Shown: positions 45,022 to 55,386 of the stretch, in pieces
How positions within the stretch are numbered: position 1 is the stretch's first letter
Layout: every line of letters begins with the position of its first letter
NCBI GenBank assembly: GCA_025356415.1
Contig: JANXTB010000111.1
Coordinates: forward strand, 1 to 62,837
DNA from: Hyphomicrobiales bacterium
GTDB lineage: Bacteria > Pseudomonadota > Alphaproteobacteria > Rhizobiales > Beijerinckiaceae
DNA length: 62,837 nt
Reading direction: 5' to 3'
Notes under the pieces: model-generated
Database searches by the model: none
What the model was told of the DNA's origin: nothing
What the model saw: the letters and a program-made list of their open reading frames with translations, nothing else
Program-made: the position numbers and the translations under genes

Positions 45022-46049
45022 AGCGGACTCAAGATAGCGCCGGTGCGCAAGGGGCCCATCTGAATGCGGCCATCTTGCAACTGGACGGGCCATTGCACCG
45101 GCGTCCCGTCTTTCCGGGTGAGCAGCGGACCGATCAGCTGGTTCATGCCGCCGCCGCCAAAACGCGCCACGAGCGGGCCAATGCCCTTGGCTGATACATC
45201 GAGCTTGCCTTGCATCCGTCGGGCTGCGTCGAGATTGAGCTGGCCTTTCGCTTCAAGCTGCAGCGCCCCTTTCGCGAATGTCCCGTTATCGACGATGAAA
45301 TTTCCGCCAGCAGTACGCCACGCTTCGAGCAGATTACGCCAACCCTGCGGCTGAAGATCCGCCAGTTTGGTCGCGACTCCCGCGATGGCGAAATCGACTT
45401 TCTCAGGCGAGCCGATCCATGTATTCATCGCCGGACTGTTCAATTCCGTCAGCTGAACGGCCAGATCGATGGCCTGGTCATTGGCAGGCCGCGCGGGATC
45501 GAAGCGGATATGCGCTTCGGCGGATTTTGCCGCACTCGCCAGCTTCTCGCCCGTCGCCGTCTGAATCTCGATCTGCGGGTTGGTCATGACAAGCGACAGG
45601 CGGTCCAGCCGATTGGAGAAGCGAACCGAGAGCCGCAAGTTGTCCCAGGCTGCGGAGGTCGTCGTCCCCTCGGTCTCGATCTGCATCGGCCCGTCAATGT
45701 CGGCGAGAAGCAGCGTCGGCGCATAGATTTGCGTGACCGCATGCAATGCGCCCGTTCGGATGCGCGCTTGGCGCCCGTCCGGCGTCGCGTCAAGAACGAC
45801 AGAGGCGCAATGCAGCTCGATGCGGAACGGAAATCCCGCAATCTTTTGGTCGGCGCAGTCCCAACGCCGTCCCTGGGCGGCTTCACTCGCCTTCAGCTCC
45901 GCGAGGTTTCTCTCAGTGAGATGCGATGCGTAAAACCAAAAGCCGCACCAGGCCAGCGCGCCGGTCACCAGGAGGGCCGGGGGCAGGTAAAGGCCAAGCC
46001 GACTCACGGCTTGCGGTGGCCGCGGCTGCGACTCATGATGGGCGCTCAT
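45015..46049 (-). CDS. DUF2125-like membrane-anchored protein
   Basis: N-terminal TM with W..FW, followed by the AGFPFRIEL motif. Confidence 0.72.
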   Translation of the reverse strand: MSAHHESQPRPPQAVSRLGLYLPPALLVTGALAWCGFWFYASHLTERNLAELKASEAAQGRRWDCADQKIAGFPFRIELHCASVVLDATPDGRQARIRTGALHAVTQIYAPTLLLADIDGPMQIETEGTTTSAAWDNLRLSVRFSNRLDRLSLVMTNPQIEIQTATGEKLASAAKSAEAHIRFDPARPANDQAIDLAVQLTELNSPAMNTWIGSPEKVDFAIAGVATKLADLQPQGWRNLLEAWRTAGGNFIVDNGTFAKGALQLEAKGQLNLDAARRMQGKLDVSAKGIGPLVARFGGGGMNQLIGPLLTRKDGTPVQWPVQLQDGRIQMGPLRTGAILSPLY

Positions 46050-46105
46050 TCAATATGTCCTGTGATGCTGGGGGCTTGGTCGGCTCCAGCTCAATTCGGT
46101 GAAAA

Positions 46106-46663
46106 ATGAGCGAAGCAGAAGATCTGTGGGTGTTTGGTTATGGCTCTTTGATGTGGCGTCCCGGCTTCGAATTTGAAGAGCAGTCTCCCGCTCTTGTTCG
46201 AGGATTCCACCGTTCTTTGTGCATTTTCTCCCATGTTCACCGCGGCACGCCCGAAAAGCCGGGTTTGGTGCTGGGACTCGATCGTGGCGGGGCCTGTAGG
46301 GGTGTCGGCTTTCGGGTCGCTGCGCGCCGGCGTGACGACACGTTGTCCTATCTCCGCGAACGCGAGCAAGTGACGACTGTATATCGGGAGGCCTGGCTTC
46401 CAGCGCGTTTGCACGATGGCCGACTTGTCTCTTGCGTCGCCTACGTGGTCGATCGCGCCCACCCGCAATATGCGGGACGCCTGCCGGCATCCGACCTGCT
46501 GAAACTGGTGGCCCAAGGTCATGGTGTTTCAGGCGCGAACGTCGACTATGTTCAATCGACGCATGAGCATCTCCTCGCGTCCGGCATCATGGATCCGACG
46601 TTGTCGTTCATCGTGCAACATGCGCCCGCAAGCGTCAGGCGCTTTGGCGATTTCTCTGAATGA
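46106..46663 (+). CDS. chaC: ChaC-family gamma-glutamylcyclotransferase
   Basis: WVFGYGSLMW, HRGT.EKPGLVL.L, YL.ERE. Confidence 0.92.
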   Translation: MSEAEDLWVFGYGSLMWRPGFEFEEQSPALVRGFHRSLCIFSHVHRGTPEKPGLVLGLDRGGACRGVGFRVAARRRDDTLSYLREREQVTTVYREAWLPARLHDGRLVSCVAYVVDRAHPQYAGRLPASDLLKLVAQGHGVSGANVDYVQSTHEHLLASGIMDPTLSFIVQHAPASVRRFGDFSE

Positions 46664-47402
46664 GCGGCGCCAATGCGGGATCCGTTGCAAGCGCCTCCGC
46701 GATGAGACGCTCCGACGCTATCTCTATTGTGTCTTGAAGCCGATTGAAGAAGACGTCCTTGTCGAGGCCCGGCGCAATCGGCGGCAGCACATCGACCACG
46801 ATGGTTCCGGGGCGTCGCAGCCAACTCCGGCGCGCCCAGAAAACCCCGGAATTCAACGCGATCGGAAGGCACTGCACGCCGGTCACATCATAGATATGGG
46901 CCACGCCGAACTTGTATTTCGGAGGCGCTCCGGCAGGCCGCCGCGTACCTTCGGGAAAAATGAACAGCACGCGTTTTTCCGCGAAGATTTGCCGCGCGCG
47001 TTCGGCGGCCTGCACGAGGGCGCTGCTGCCGCTCTTCCGATCGATCGCGATCTGGCCCGACTTCCAGAGATACCAGCCAAAAAAGGGAATGTAGGTCAGC
47101 TCGCGTTTCAGTATGTAGCAAAAGTCTTCGAAGAGGAGAGTCAGCGCGAAGGTTTCCCAAATCGACTGGTGCTTGGCCGCCACGATGAACGGGGCCGCCG
47201 GGATGTGCTCGCGACCACGAAACTCGACCTGTGTTCCGCAAATCGTTTTCAGGAGCCACAAGGACGACCGTGCCCAAAGCCGAGCGATCTTGAAAATATA
47301 GCGCCGCGGCATCGCCAGGGCCGGCAGGCCAACCACCATCAGCGCAATCAGATTCAGGTAAAAAAGTGAGTTGAACGCCAATGAACGGATGAGCAGTATC
47401 AT
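46635..47402 (-). CDS. plsC: 1-acyl-sn-glycerol-3-phosphate acyltransferase
   Basis: KHQS.WE, ILKREL, IFPEGTR. Confidence 0.9.
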   Translation of the reverse strand: MILLIRSLAFNSLFYLNLIALMVVGLPALAMPRRYIFKIARLWARSSLWLLKTICGTQVEFRGREHIPAAPFIVAAKHQSIWETFALTLLFEDFCYILKRELTYIPFFGWYLWKSGQIAIDRKSGSSALVQAAERARQIFAEKRVLFIFPEGTRRPAGAPPKYKFGVAHIYDVTGVQCLPIALNSGVFWARRSWLRRPGTIVVDVLPPIAPGLDKDVFFNRLQDTIEIASERLIAEALATDPALAPLIQRNRQSA

Positions 47403-47472
47403 TTCGGTCGCCTTGAGCCCGTGCGGCGGGGAACTTATTGCGGTTACGCTCATCTGACCAGAGCGCGGCTGA

Positions 47473-48069
47473 TCAGGCTGACCAATCCAGAATCGTGAGT
47501 CGCGCAAGCGCCACCAGATATTTCAGATATTCGGTTCCCAGCACGCGAACCGCATGCAGTGATCGCCACCAGCTCGCATCTCGCATCCGGAGCGTCACGA
47601 CCGGATAGGCCCGCAGGTCATATTGTGGAAGCTCATGCCGGAGCTCGGCCATGGCGCGGGGCATGTGATAGTTGGATGTGACCACGATCAGCGATTGCGA
47701 GATCGCATTTTGCTCAACCCAGTCCCGAGCCTCACGCGCATTCCCAATCGTGTTGATGGCCTCGTAACCGAGGTCGACGCAGCATTCGATCAGGTCGCGC
47801 GAGCGCGGATTGAGGCGTGCGATTTCGCTCTTCGTGATCGCCTGATTGACGCCGGTGATCAGGAGGCGATCGGCATATCCCCGCGAGAAGAGTTCGATCG
47901 CGTCGGCGACGCGATCAGCCCCGCCGGTCAGCACAACCATGCCTTGCGCATGTTCCACTTGAGCCGGCGGTTGCTGTTGGATCTGCGCGAGAAAAAGTTG
48001 GAAACTGATCGCCAGGCCACCGAGAATTGGCGCGCCCACGATCAGGGAAAGATTGGCCCAGCGCTTCAT
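47473..48069 (-). CDS. YdcF/ElyC-family (DUF218) protein
   Basis: VVLTGG..R, NTIGNA, VTSNYHMPRA, EYLK. Confidence 0.88.
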   Translation of the reverse strand: MKRWANLSLIVGAPILGGLAISFQLFLAQIQQQPPAQVEHAQGMVVLTGGADRVADAIELFSRGYADRLLITGVNQAITKSEIARLNPRSRDLIECCVDLGYEAINTIGNAREARDWVEQNAISQSLIVVTSNYHMPRAMAELRHELPQYDLRAYPVVTLRMRDASWWRSLHAVRVLGTEYLKYLVALARLTILDWSA

Positions 48070-49028
48070 TCCAGCCCTTGCAAGTGGCGGAAGACCACCG
48101 ACCGGGATGTCAGGCCTGTGAGGACGGAGACGAATCCGGCGATGAGAATTGTCGCGGCGTAACCGGTCATGCCCAGCGAGAACGTGCCGAAGAGCGCGTC
48201 GATCTGCTCGCCGCCTGCGTCCGCCACCCAGCGGCTCGAAAGCATGCCGGCGAGAAAGAAGGCGCCGATAGCGGCGCATCCGCCAATCACGCCGCCACGA
48301 AGTCCAAGAAAGAGGAAATGCCGTTGGAATTGCCGGGCGATGTAGGAATCCCGCGCGCCGACGAAGTGCAACACGTTGATTACCTCGCGGCTCCCCGCCA
48401 TTGCGCCGCGTGTCGCGAAGGCGACGGCCAGCGCCATCGCTATCAGCACGAGGAAAAACACGATCACGGCCACCAGCACCATGGTCTGGGACATTGTCGC
48501 GAGACGCTCGATCCAGAGCTTGTGATCATCGAGAATGGCGCTTGGCGCCGATTGGCCGAGATCGGATCGGAGTTTTGCAATGTCGAGCGGCTTGTCCAGA
48601 GAGAGCCGGAGGACGATCAGGCGCGGAACCGGCAGCTCGCCAAGTTCCAGGCCAGCCCCGAGCCAAGGCTCGAGAAGCTTTTCCGACTCGCTCTTGGAGA
48701 AGCTCCGCACATTCGCGACGCCAGGCGTCGCGCGCGCCAGGTCCTCGGCCTTCCGCACGTCCTGCTCGATGTTGCGTCCGGGCGCGGGCTTGACCTGAAT
48801 GGTCATCTCTCGAGAGACGTCTTGCCGCCAATCCCGCGAGACGCCATTGATCATGATCGCCGCCCCGGCCGTGAGCGAGGCCAGGAACGTCATGATCGCG
48901 ATCACGGTCACCAGCGCGCGCGAGGCGATTGCGTCTGGCGGAACGAGCGGCACGTCACGTCGTGGGATGACGCGCAGCTGTTCCGAACTGGATTTGGAGG
49001 GCGGCTCCGCCATGACGCGCTTAATCAT
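48066..49028 (-). CDS. ftsX: Cell division permease FtsX
   Basis: VIAIMTFLA, LL.PWLG, VLHFVGARDSYI; coupled to ftsE. Start at 49028 or 49013. Confidence 0.9.
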   Translation of the reverse strand: MIKRVMAEPPSKSSSEQLRVIPRRDVPLVPPDAIASRALVTVIAIMTFLASLTAGAAIMINGVSRDWRQDVSREMTIQVKPAPGRNIEQDVRKAEDLARATPGVANVRSFSKSESEKLLEPWLGAGLELGELPVPRLIVLRLSLDKPLDIAKLRSDLGQSAPSAILDDHKLWIERLATMSQTMVLVAVIVFFLVLIAMALAVAFATRGAMAGSREVINVLHFVGARDSYIARQFQRHFLFLGLRGGVIGGCAAIGAFFLAGMLSSRWVADAGGEQIDALFGTFSLGMTGYAATILIAGFVSVLTGLTSRSVVFRHLQGLE

Positions 49029-49683
49029 AGATATGCAGTCGGCCATCGCCGAGCACGAGGCGCCGGGCGCCATCGAACTGATCCATGAGTCCTAGGTCGT
49101 GGGTCGCGATAAGGACGGAGGTCCCGGAGCGGTGCAGCTCCAGGAACAGCCGCAGAAGGCGCCGGGCAAGGCTGGGATCCACATTGCCTGTAGGCTCGTC
49201 CGCCAAAAGCAATTCGGGACGCACGATCAGCGCTCGCGCGATCGCGGCGCGCTGTTTTTCGCCGCCTGAGAGGACTGAAGGAAGTGCGTGCATGCGCTCC
49301 CCCAAGCCGACCCATCCGAGAAGCTCCACCACTTCCGCCCTGTAGGACGCCTCATCCCGGCCTTGTACGCGAAGCGGCAAGGCGACGTTTTCATAAGTCG
49401 TGAGGTGGTCGAGAAGACGAAAATCCTGAAAGACGACGCCGATCCGGCGCCGCAAGGCGGTGATTTCATCCTTGTCGAGCGTCGCCGCATCCTTGCCGAA
49501 AAGCTTGATGAAACCGCGCGTTGGCTGGAGTGACAAGAGGATCAGGCGCAGCAAGGTTGTCTTGCCGGCTCCCGATGGCCCGGTCAGAAACTGGAAGGAC
49601 TGCGGCTCGATCGAGAAGCTGAGGTCTCGCAGGACCTCAGGACCCATTCCGTACCGGAGCCCGACATTGTTGAACCGGACCAA
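49021..49683 (-). CDS. ftsE: Cell division ATP-binding protein FtsE
   Basis: GPSGAGKT, VFQDFRLL, LSGGE.QR, LADEPTGN. TTG start. Confidence 0.94.
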   Translation of the reverse strand: MVRFNNVGLRYGMGPEVLRDLSFSIEPQSFQFLTGPSGAGKTTLLRLILLSLQPTRGFIKLFGKDAATLDKDEITALRRRIGVVFQDFRLLDHLTTYENVALPLRVQGRDEASYRAEVVELLGWVGLGERMHALPSVLSGGEKQRAAIARALIVRPELLLADEPTGNVDPSLARRLLRLFLELHRSGTSVLIATHDLGLMDQFDGARRLVLGDGRLHIYD

Positions 49684-49876
49684 TCGTTTGACCTCTGGCT
49701 TCCCGACGGAGACTGGCTCGCGCGCGGGTTTGATCCCGCGAATCGGCGAGCCTGACTTGTATGCCTAACCTAGCATTTTGATCAAAAGCCAATAGGGGCG
49801 TCTGAACTTCGCTCGGAAGCATTGGCCAAGGCTGGGCCTCGCCCTTATAATCCACGCGATGATCAAGGGCCGCGCC

Positions 49877-50407
49877 ATGACCGAGAAAAATGAGCTGAAG
49901 GTATTGTTCGACGAGGCCCAGATTGCGGCGCGCGTTGAAGACATGGCGGAGCAAGTCCGCGCTGCCGACTTGCGCGATTTGCTGGTGGTGGCTGTCCTGA
50001 AGGGCTCCTTCATGTTCGCCGCGGACCTGTTGCGCGCGATGCATCGCAAAGGCATGACGCCCCAGGTCGAGTTCGTGCACCTGTCGAGCTATCTTGAGGG
50101 CACTGTGTCGCAGGGCCATGTCAAAATCCTCAAGGACATCGAATCCAACGTTTCGGGTCGCGACGTTCTCCTTGTCGACGACATCCTCGAATCGGGACGC
50201 ACGCTGGCTTTTGCCAAGGACCTCCTCATCGCGCGCGGCGCCCGCAAGGTGCTGATCAGCGTCATGCTCGAAAAACCGCACAAGCGCGCCGTTCAGGTCG
50301 AGGCCGATTATGTTGGCTTCAAGAGCCCCGACAAATTTGTCGTCGGCTACGGCATGGATGTCGCGCACAATTACCGGCAGCTGCCGTTTATTGGATGCCT
50401 CGATTGA
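49877..50407 (+). CDS. hpt: Hypoxanthine phosphoribosyltransferase
   Basis: VLKGSFMF.ADL, LLVDDILESGRT, FVVGYGMD. Confidence 0.94.
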   Translation: MTEKNELKVLFDEAQIAARVEDMAEQVRAADLRDLLVVAVLKGSFMFAADLLRAMHRKGMTPQVEFVHLSSYLEGTVSQGHVKILKDIESNVSGRDVLLVDDILESGRTLAFAKDLLIARGARKVLISVMLEKPHKRAVQVEADYVGFKSPDKFVVGYGMDVAHNYRQLPFIGCLD

Positions 50408-50902
50408 TCAGGCGTTCAGGCGCCAGACTTCGAAAGTCAGCGCGCTCGCGAACAGAACCCATGCGAGGTAGGGAGCCAGAAGCGCGCCGGACAGCCTGTC
50501 CTGCTTCCAGAACAGCACGAGCGTCCACGCGACCGAAAGGCACAGCGGGACGATGACGATCAGGCCCAACAGCGGGCTGCGTCCGCCAAAAAATGCGATG
50601 GACCAGCCCGCGTTCAATGCGATCTGCAGCATGAATGCCATGATGGTTGATCTGTGACCGCCAGAGGAATCCTGGCGCAAGACCCGGTAAAATGCGTAAG
50701 CCATCATGATGTAGAGCGCGGTCCACACCGGCCCGAAAATCCAGTTTGGCGGCGTAAACCAGGGCTTGGCGATAAACGCGTACCAGGCGGGAATATTGGG
50801 CAGCGTGACTACGCTTCCAATCACGCTTGCCGCAGCGACCGGTATGATCGATGTCAGCAGGCTGGTGAGCCTTGGCAGTGCTTTATTATGAGGGGCGGTC
50901 AT
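50408..50902 (-). CDS. tspO: TspO/MBR tryptophan-rich sensory protein
   Basis: WY..I.KP.FTPPNWIFGPVWT.LY, LNAGWS..FF, PYLAW..FA. Confidence 0.92.
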   Translation of the reverse strand: MTAPHNKALPRLTSLLTSIIPVAAASVIGSVVTLPNIPAWYAFIAKPWFTPPNWIFGPVWTALYIMMAYAFYRVLRQDSSGGHRSTIMAFMLQIALNAGWSIAFFGGRSPLLGLIVIVPLCLSVAWTLVLFWKQDRLSGALLAPYLAWVLFASALTFEVWRLNA

Positions 50903-50980
50903 TCTGGCTCACGATTGGCGCGGCGCCACGCGGGCGCTATACGATTGGCTGACAGATGTCTTAACCGATCAGGGCCGTGC

Positions 50981-52159
50981 ATGGGCAACGACGCCGACGA
51001 CACGAAAACAACCTTCGGCGGCGAAAGTCTCGCGGCGCAAGCCATGGGCTCGATTGATCCGGTCACCAAGGCCGTGGTGCAGCCGATCCATCTCAGCACG
51101 ACCTTCATTCGCGATCCCGACAATGCCTATCGTTCGGGTTTCGCCTATGGGCGCGCCGACAATGCGACGGTCCGCGAACTGGAAGCCGTCTTGCAGATGC
51201 TCGAGCATGGCGCGGCGGCGCTGGCTTTCGGGTCGGGCATGTCGGCGGCCGTCGCAGTGTTCACCTCGCTGCCGCGCGGCGCGAAGGTGCTCGCGCCTAA
51301 TGTCATGTATTGGGCGCTGAAGAATTGGCTGTCCAATGAAGCAAAAGCCACGCTCGGCCTCGATGTCCGCTTCATCGAAATGCAAGACGTCGACGCTGTC
51401 CGGGCGGCTGCAGTGCCCGGTTGCGATTTCATCTGGATCGAGACCCCGTCGAATCCTCTGTGGGGAGTCGTGGATATCGCCGCGGTCGCAGAGATCGCAC
51501 ATGCCGCGGGCGCTCGCCTCGCGGTCGACTCCACGTGCGCGACACCCGTGCTGACGCAACCGCTTTTGCTTGGCGCCGATCTGGTCATGCATTCCGCTTC
51601 GAAATACATCAATGGACATTCGGACGTCGTGGCGGGCGTGCTTGTTACGCGCGAGTTGGACGCGTCTTGGCAGCGCATCGAAAAAATTCGTGCGAGCCAT
51701 GGGATGCTGCTTGGTCCTTTCGAGGCGTTTCTTGTCATGCGTGGATTGCGCACGATGCACCTTCGTGTGCGCGCCGCTTGCGCCAATGCGCTGGGTCTCG
51801 CTAACGCCTTGCGCCAGCACCCACTTGTTACAGAGGTGCTGTATCCGGGTCTGCCGGATCACGCGCAGCATGGGCTTGCCGTGCGTCAGATGAAGGGTGG
51901 ATTTGGCGGCATGCTTTCCATCCGCGTGCGCGGCGGAGAGGCTTCAGCGATCGCGACGGCCGCGCGTGTTGGCTTGTGGAAACGCGCGACGTCGCTTGGT
52001 GGCGTCGAGAGTCTGCTCGAACACCGCGCATCGGTCGAGGGTCAAGGATCGCCCTGTCCCCCAGACCTTTTGCGACTGTCTTGCGGCATAGAGCTTTCGG
52101 AAGATCTCTTCGCCGATCTCGACGCAGCGTTGCATGACGCTGCCGCTCAGACCTCGTAG
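50981..52159 (+). CDS. Cys/Met metabolism PLP enzyme (cystathionine gamma-synthase/lyase family)
   Basis: YGRADN, SGMSA, ETPSNP, HSASKYINGHSDV, SLGGVESL, LRLSCGIE. Confidence 0.9.
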   Translation: MGNDADDTKTTFGGESLAAQAMGSIDPVTKAVVQPIHLSTTFIRDPDNAYRSGFAYGRADNATVRELEAVLQMLEHGAAALAFGSGMSAAVAVFTSLPRGAKVLAPNVMYWALKNWLSNEAKATLGLDVRFIEMQDVDAVRAAAVPGCDFIWIETPSNPLWGVVDIAAVAEIAHAAGARLAVDSTCATPVLTQPLLLGADLVMHSASKYINGHSDVVAGVLVTRELDASWQRIEKIRASHGMLLGPFEAFLVMRGLRTMHLRVRAACANALGLANALRQHPLVTEVLYPGLPDHAQHGLAVRQMKGGFGGMLSIRVRGGEASAIATAARVGLWKRATSLGGVESLLEHRASVEGQGSPCPPDLLRLSCGIELSEDLFADLDAALHDAAAQTS

Positions 52160-52602
52160 GACTGCAGCAACTTTTCGATCTCCGGGATCGTGTGGTTCGT
52201 CAGGTCCTTGTTGATTTCCGCTGAAATGCGCTTCTGCGCCTCGTGCGAAAATTCACTGCGCAAATCCCCGAGCGCCTTAGGGGGCGCGACAACCACCAGC
52301 TTCTTGAATTCATGCGCTTGCGCCGCGCGGTTGATTTCGGCTGCTAGCTCATTGGCGAAGCGCGTCTCTCCGAGACTGTGCCAATCCGTACCCTCGTAGC
52401 TGCTACGCCCCGGCGAGGCGCTGGAAAAACTGCGCCCCGGCTTGTCCGTCCCCTGTTCAGCGGTTGACGGATTGTCGTTGGTCCGCACGGACAGGCGCCG
52501 CAGGTCGAGCAGTCCCGCATCGCCGTGATTCTGCAGAAGCAGGGCTTTCTGGCCATCTCCGACGAGAACCCAGTCCCCGTTTGCGATTCGTAGCTGCGCC
52601 AT
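52147..52602 (-). CDS. Host-attachment-family protein (eRF1 domain-2-like)
   Basis: WVLVGDG.KA, GTDKPGR, E.RFA, LVVVAPP..LG.LR, EI.KDLT. GGAGG RBS. Confidence 0.82.
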   Translation of the reverse strand: MAQLRIANGDWVLVGDGQKALLLQNHGDAGLLDLRRLSVRTNDNPSTAEQGTDKPGRSFSSASPGRSSYEGTDWHSLGETRFANELAAEINRAAQAHEFKKLVVVAPPKALGDLRSEFSHEAQKRISAEINKDLTNHTIPEIEKLLQSYEV

Positions 52603-52662
52603 GTTTCCCTCCAGGTGCGTCTCGTGGCTTGACCACATATACGCAACGAAGGCCTGCTATCG

Positions 52663-54345
52663 TCAGTTCCCCTCTTCGAGAAGGCGGCGTGCGATCACCT
52701 GCGCCTGTATTTCCGCAGCGCCTTCGAAAATATTAAGGATGCGTGCGTCGCAAAGAACTCGGGAGATGGGATATTCCAGCGCGAAGCCATTGCCGCCATG
52801 TATTTGCAGAACGTTGTCCGCCGCCGCCCAGGCGACACGAGCGCCCAGCAGCTTCGCCATCCCAGCTTCAACGTCGCAGCGTTTGTCCGCGTCCTTGGCG
52901 CGCGCGGAAAAATAGGTGAGCTGGCGCGCGATGTGAACTTCCGCGGAGATCAGCGCCAGCTTGTCGGCGACGCGCGGGAAGTTGATCAACGCCTTGCCGA
53001 ACTGGATGCGATCAAGCGCATAGCGAATGCCAAGTTCGAGCGCGTTCTGGGCAACGCCGACAGCGCGCGCGGCGGTCTGGATGCGGGCCGATTCGAAAGT
53101 CTGCATCAATTGCTTGAAGCCCTGCCCCTCAACGCCGCCCAGCAGGTTCGCCGCGGGAACATCGAAGGCATCGAAGGCGATTTCGTATTCTTTCATGCCG
53201 CGATAACCGAGCACCTCGATTTCACCGCCGGACATGCCTTGGGCCGGGAACGGGTTTTCATCCGTGCCGCGCGGCTTTTTCGCGAGGAACATGGAGAGTC
53301 CCTTGTAGCCGGGCTCCGATGGATTGGTGCGCGCAAGCACGGTCATCAGATCGGCGCGCACCGGATGTGTGATCCATGTCTTGTTGCCAGTGATCTTGTA
53401 GGCATCGCGCTCTCGCGTAGCGCGCGTGCGCAGCGAAGCCAGATCGGATCCGGTGTTCGGCTCAGTAAAAACGGCTGTAGGCAGGATTTCGCCTGACGCG
53501 ATCTTGGGCAGGAATTCCTGCTTCTGCTCCTCCGTGCCGCCGCACAGAATGAGTTCGGCCGCAATTTCTGATCGCGTGCCAAGCGAGCCGACGCCAATGT
53601 AGGCGCGCGACAATTCTTCCGTCACGGCGCACATGGCGATCTTGCCCAGGCCCATGCCGCCGAACTCTTCGGGAATCGTCAGGCCGAAAACGCCAAGCGC
53701 CGACAGACCCTCGATGATTTCAATTGGAATGTAAGCATTCTGCAGATGCCATTCGTGCGCATGCGGCGCCACTTCGGCCTGCCCAAACTTTCGAATCTCG
53801 TCGCGGATCGATTCCATTGTTTCGTCGAGGCCGGGATCGCCGATCAACGCGCTCGCATCCTGCTTGGCGACCAGCGTCATCAGGCGCGCGCGGTTTGCTG
53901 GCGTGTTGCCCATCGAGATCGCGCTGTCGACAGCGCCGCGCTTCAAGGCCGCTATCGTGTCGGTCTGAATTCCAAAGTCTTCGGGCCTGATGAATTCGCC
54001 CTGGTTCATCGGAATGCCGCCAAAGGCTTGGGCGAGATATTCTCCAAACCCAATGCGAGTCAGCAGATCTTCAATCTCGCCGTATCGCCCCTCGCTCTGC
54101 ATCCGGCTGGCGTAGGCGAGCATCTCGCGCAGCGCCTCGACGTATGTCGCGAGCCACGCCATCCCATGCGCTGCGTGCTGAGACGCTTCAAGCGCCGAGG
54201 CGCTGATCTTGCCGCCTTGCGAGACTTCCGCGCGAACGTTGGTCCGCGCATGCGCATAGAGTTTTTCGACGCTGGCGAAGGCTTGCTCCGCCGTCTCAAG
54301 GAAATCGGCAGCGCGTGTAATTGTGGCACTCATGGCGGCGCTCAT
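52663..54345 (-). CDS. mcd: Acyl-CoA dehydrogenase, probable (2S)-methylsuccinyl-CoA dehydrogenase
   Basis: About 560 aa with N-terminal extension (HG.AW.ATYVE). TAVFTEPNTGSD, FESARIQTAAR, NIFEGAAEIQ; clustered with ccr/ecm. Confidence 0.85.
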   Translation of the reverse strand: MSAAMSATITRAADFLETAEQAFASVEKLYAHARTNVRAEVSQGGKISASALEASQHAAHGMAWLATYVEALREMLAYASRMQSEGRYGEIEDLLTRIGFGEYLAQAFGGIPMNQGEFIRPEDFGIQTDTIAALKRGAVDSAISMGNTPANRARLMTLVAKQDASALIGDPGLDETMESIRDEIRKFGQAEVAPHAHEWHLQNAYIPIEIIEGLSALGVFGLTIPEEFGGMGLGKIAMCAVTEELSRAYIGVGSLGTRSEIAAELILCGGTEEQKQEFLPKIASGEILPTAVFTEPNTGSDLASLRTRATRERDAYKITGNKTWITHPVRADLMTVLARTNPSEPGYKGLSMFLAKKPRGTDENPFPAQGMSGGEIEVLGYRGMKEYEIAFDAFDVPAANLLGGVEGQGFKQLMQTFESARIQTAARAVGVAQNALELGIRYALDRIQFGKALINFPRVADKLALISAEVHIARQLTYFSARAKDADKRCDVEAGMAKLLGARVAWAAADNVLQIHGGNGFALEYPISRVLCDARILNIFEGAAEIQAQVIARRLLEEGN

Positions 54346-54376
54346 GGGGCGATCTCCCGGACGTCTTGATACAGGG

Positions 54377-54393
54377 TTGCTGCATCGCACCAT
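54377..54393. promoter_or_regulatory. PhaR/AniA-type operator upstream of mcd
   Basis: TTGCTGC-ATC-GCACCAT. Confidence 0.6.
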
Positions 54394-54436
54394 GGCTCGA
54401 GCCTTTCGGCAATGGTTCTTTGGTCTGTCTCGACCT

Positions 54437-55336
54437 TTACCGTCGGACTGCCAACGCGACACCCAGCGTCGTGATGATCATCCCGAGGATCTGCAGGGGC
54501 CCGAGTGATTCACCAAACAGCAAGAACGCCTGGAGCGCCGCGGCGGGTGGAACGAGATAGATCAACTGGGCTGAGCGCGAGACCTCGCCGGTGCGAATCA
54601 GCCACAGCAGAAGAGCGACGGACACGATCGAAATGGCGCCGACCGACCATGCGAGGCTGAGAATGGTGTTCAGCGTGAAGTCGATCCGCAGCCCCTCGAG
54701 AAAGACCGCGAAGGGGATCGTCACTACCAGAGCGCCGACGAATTGCAGCGCGGCGACGCTCCTGAGGTCGCCGCTTCGCAGGTTGCGCTTCTGATAAAAT
54801 GTCCCGAGCGTGAGGGCGATCATCCCCATGGCGTTGATGACCAGAAGCCAGGACACCGGATTCAGTTCTGCCGGATCAAGGCTGGCGAGCTTCGGGCCCA
54901 GCACGAACAGCAACCCGAGAAGGCCGAGACTGATGCCGACCCATTGCAACGGGCCGATCCGTTCACCGGCGAGGCGCGGCGCCAGCATTGCGGTCAGGAT
55001 GGGTTGCAGCGACGCCAGCAGCGCCGAGATGGATGCGGGAACGCCATGCGAGATCGCCCACCAGATGCAGCCCAGATAGAGCGCATGGATCAGCACGCCG
55101 GAAAAGAGCGCATGTCCCCATTCCCGCGCTGACCGTGGCCAGGCCGCCCCTGACGCAATGGCGAAAAATGCGAGGAGGACTGCGGCGGCGGCGTATCGAA
55201 ATAGCAGGAATGTGAGGACGCCAGCGTCAATCGATGCGTAGTGCGCGACGATCCAGCCCGTTGACCAAAGGAGAACGAAAACGCCGGGAATAATTTTTGT
55301 CGCCCAGGACGAACTTTCCGCGCCACGCTTGTTCAT
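54437..55336 (-). CDS. DMT/EamA-family transporter
   Basis: About 10 hydrophobic segments; FVLLWSTG, LQPIL, YLVPP. Confidence 0.9.
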   Translation of the reverse strand: MNKRGAESSSWATKIIPGVFVLLWSTGWIVAHYASIDAGVLTFLLFRYAAAAVLLAFFAIASGAAWPRSAREWGHALFSGVLIHALYLGCIWWAISHGVPASISALLASLQPILTAMLAPRLAGERIGPLQWVGISLGLLGLLFVLGPKLASLDPAELNPVSWLLVINAMGMIALTLGTFYQKRNLRSGDLRSVAALQFVGALVVTIPFAVFLEGLRIDFTLNTILSLAWSVGAISIVSVALLLWLIRTGEVSRSAQLIYLVPPAAALQAFLLFGESLGPLQILGMIITTLGVALAVRR

Positions 55337-55386
55337 TGGACGGCGTTACCCTTCGATGCCAAGGTCACCCACGACGGAGCCCGTGA

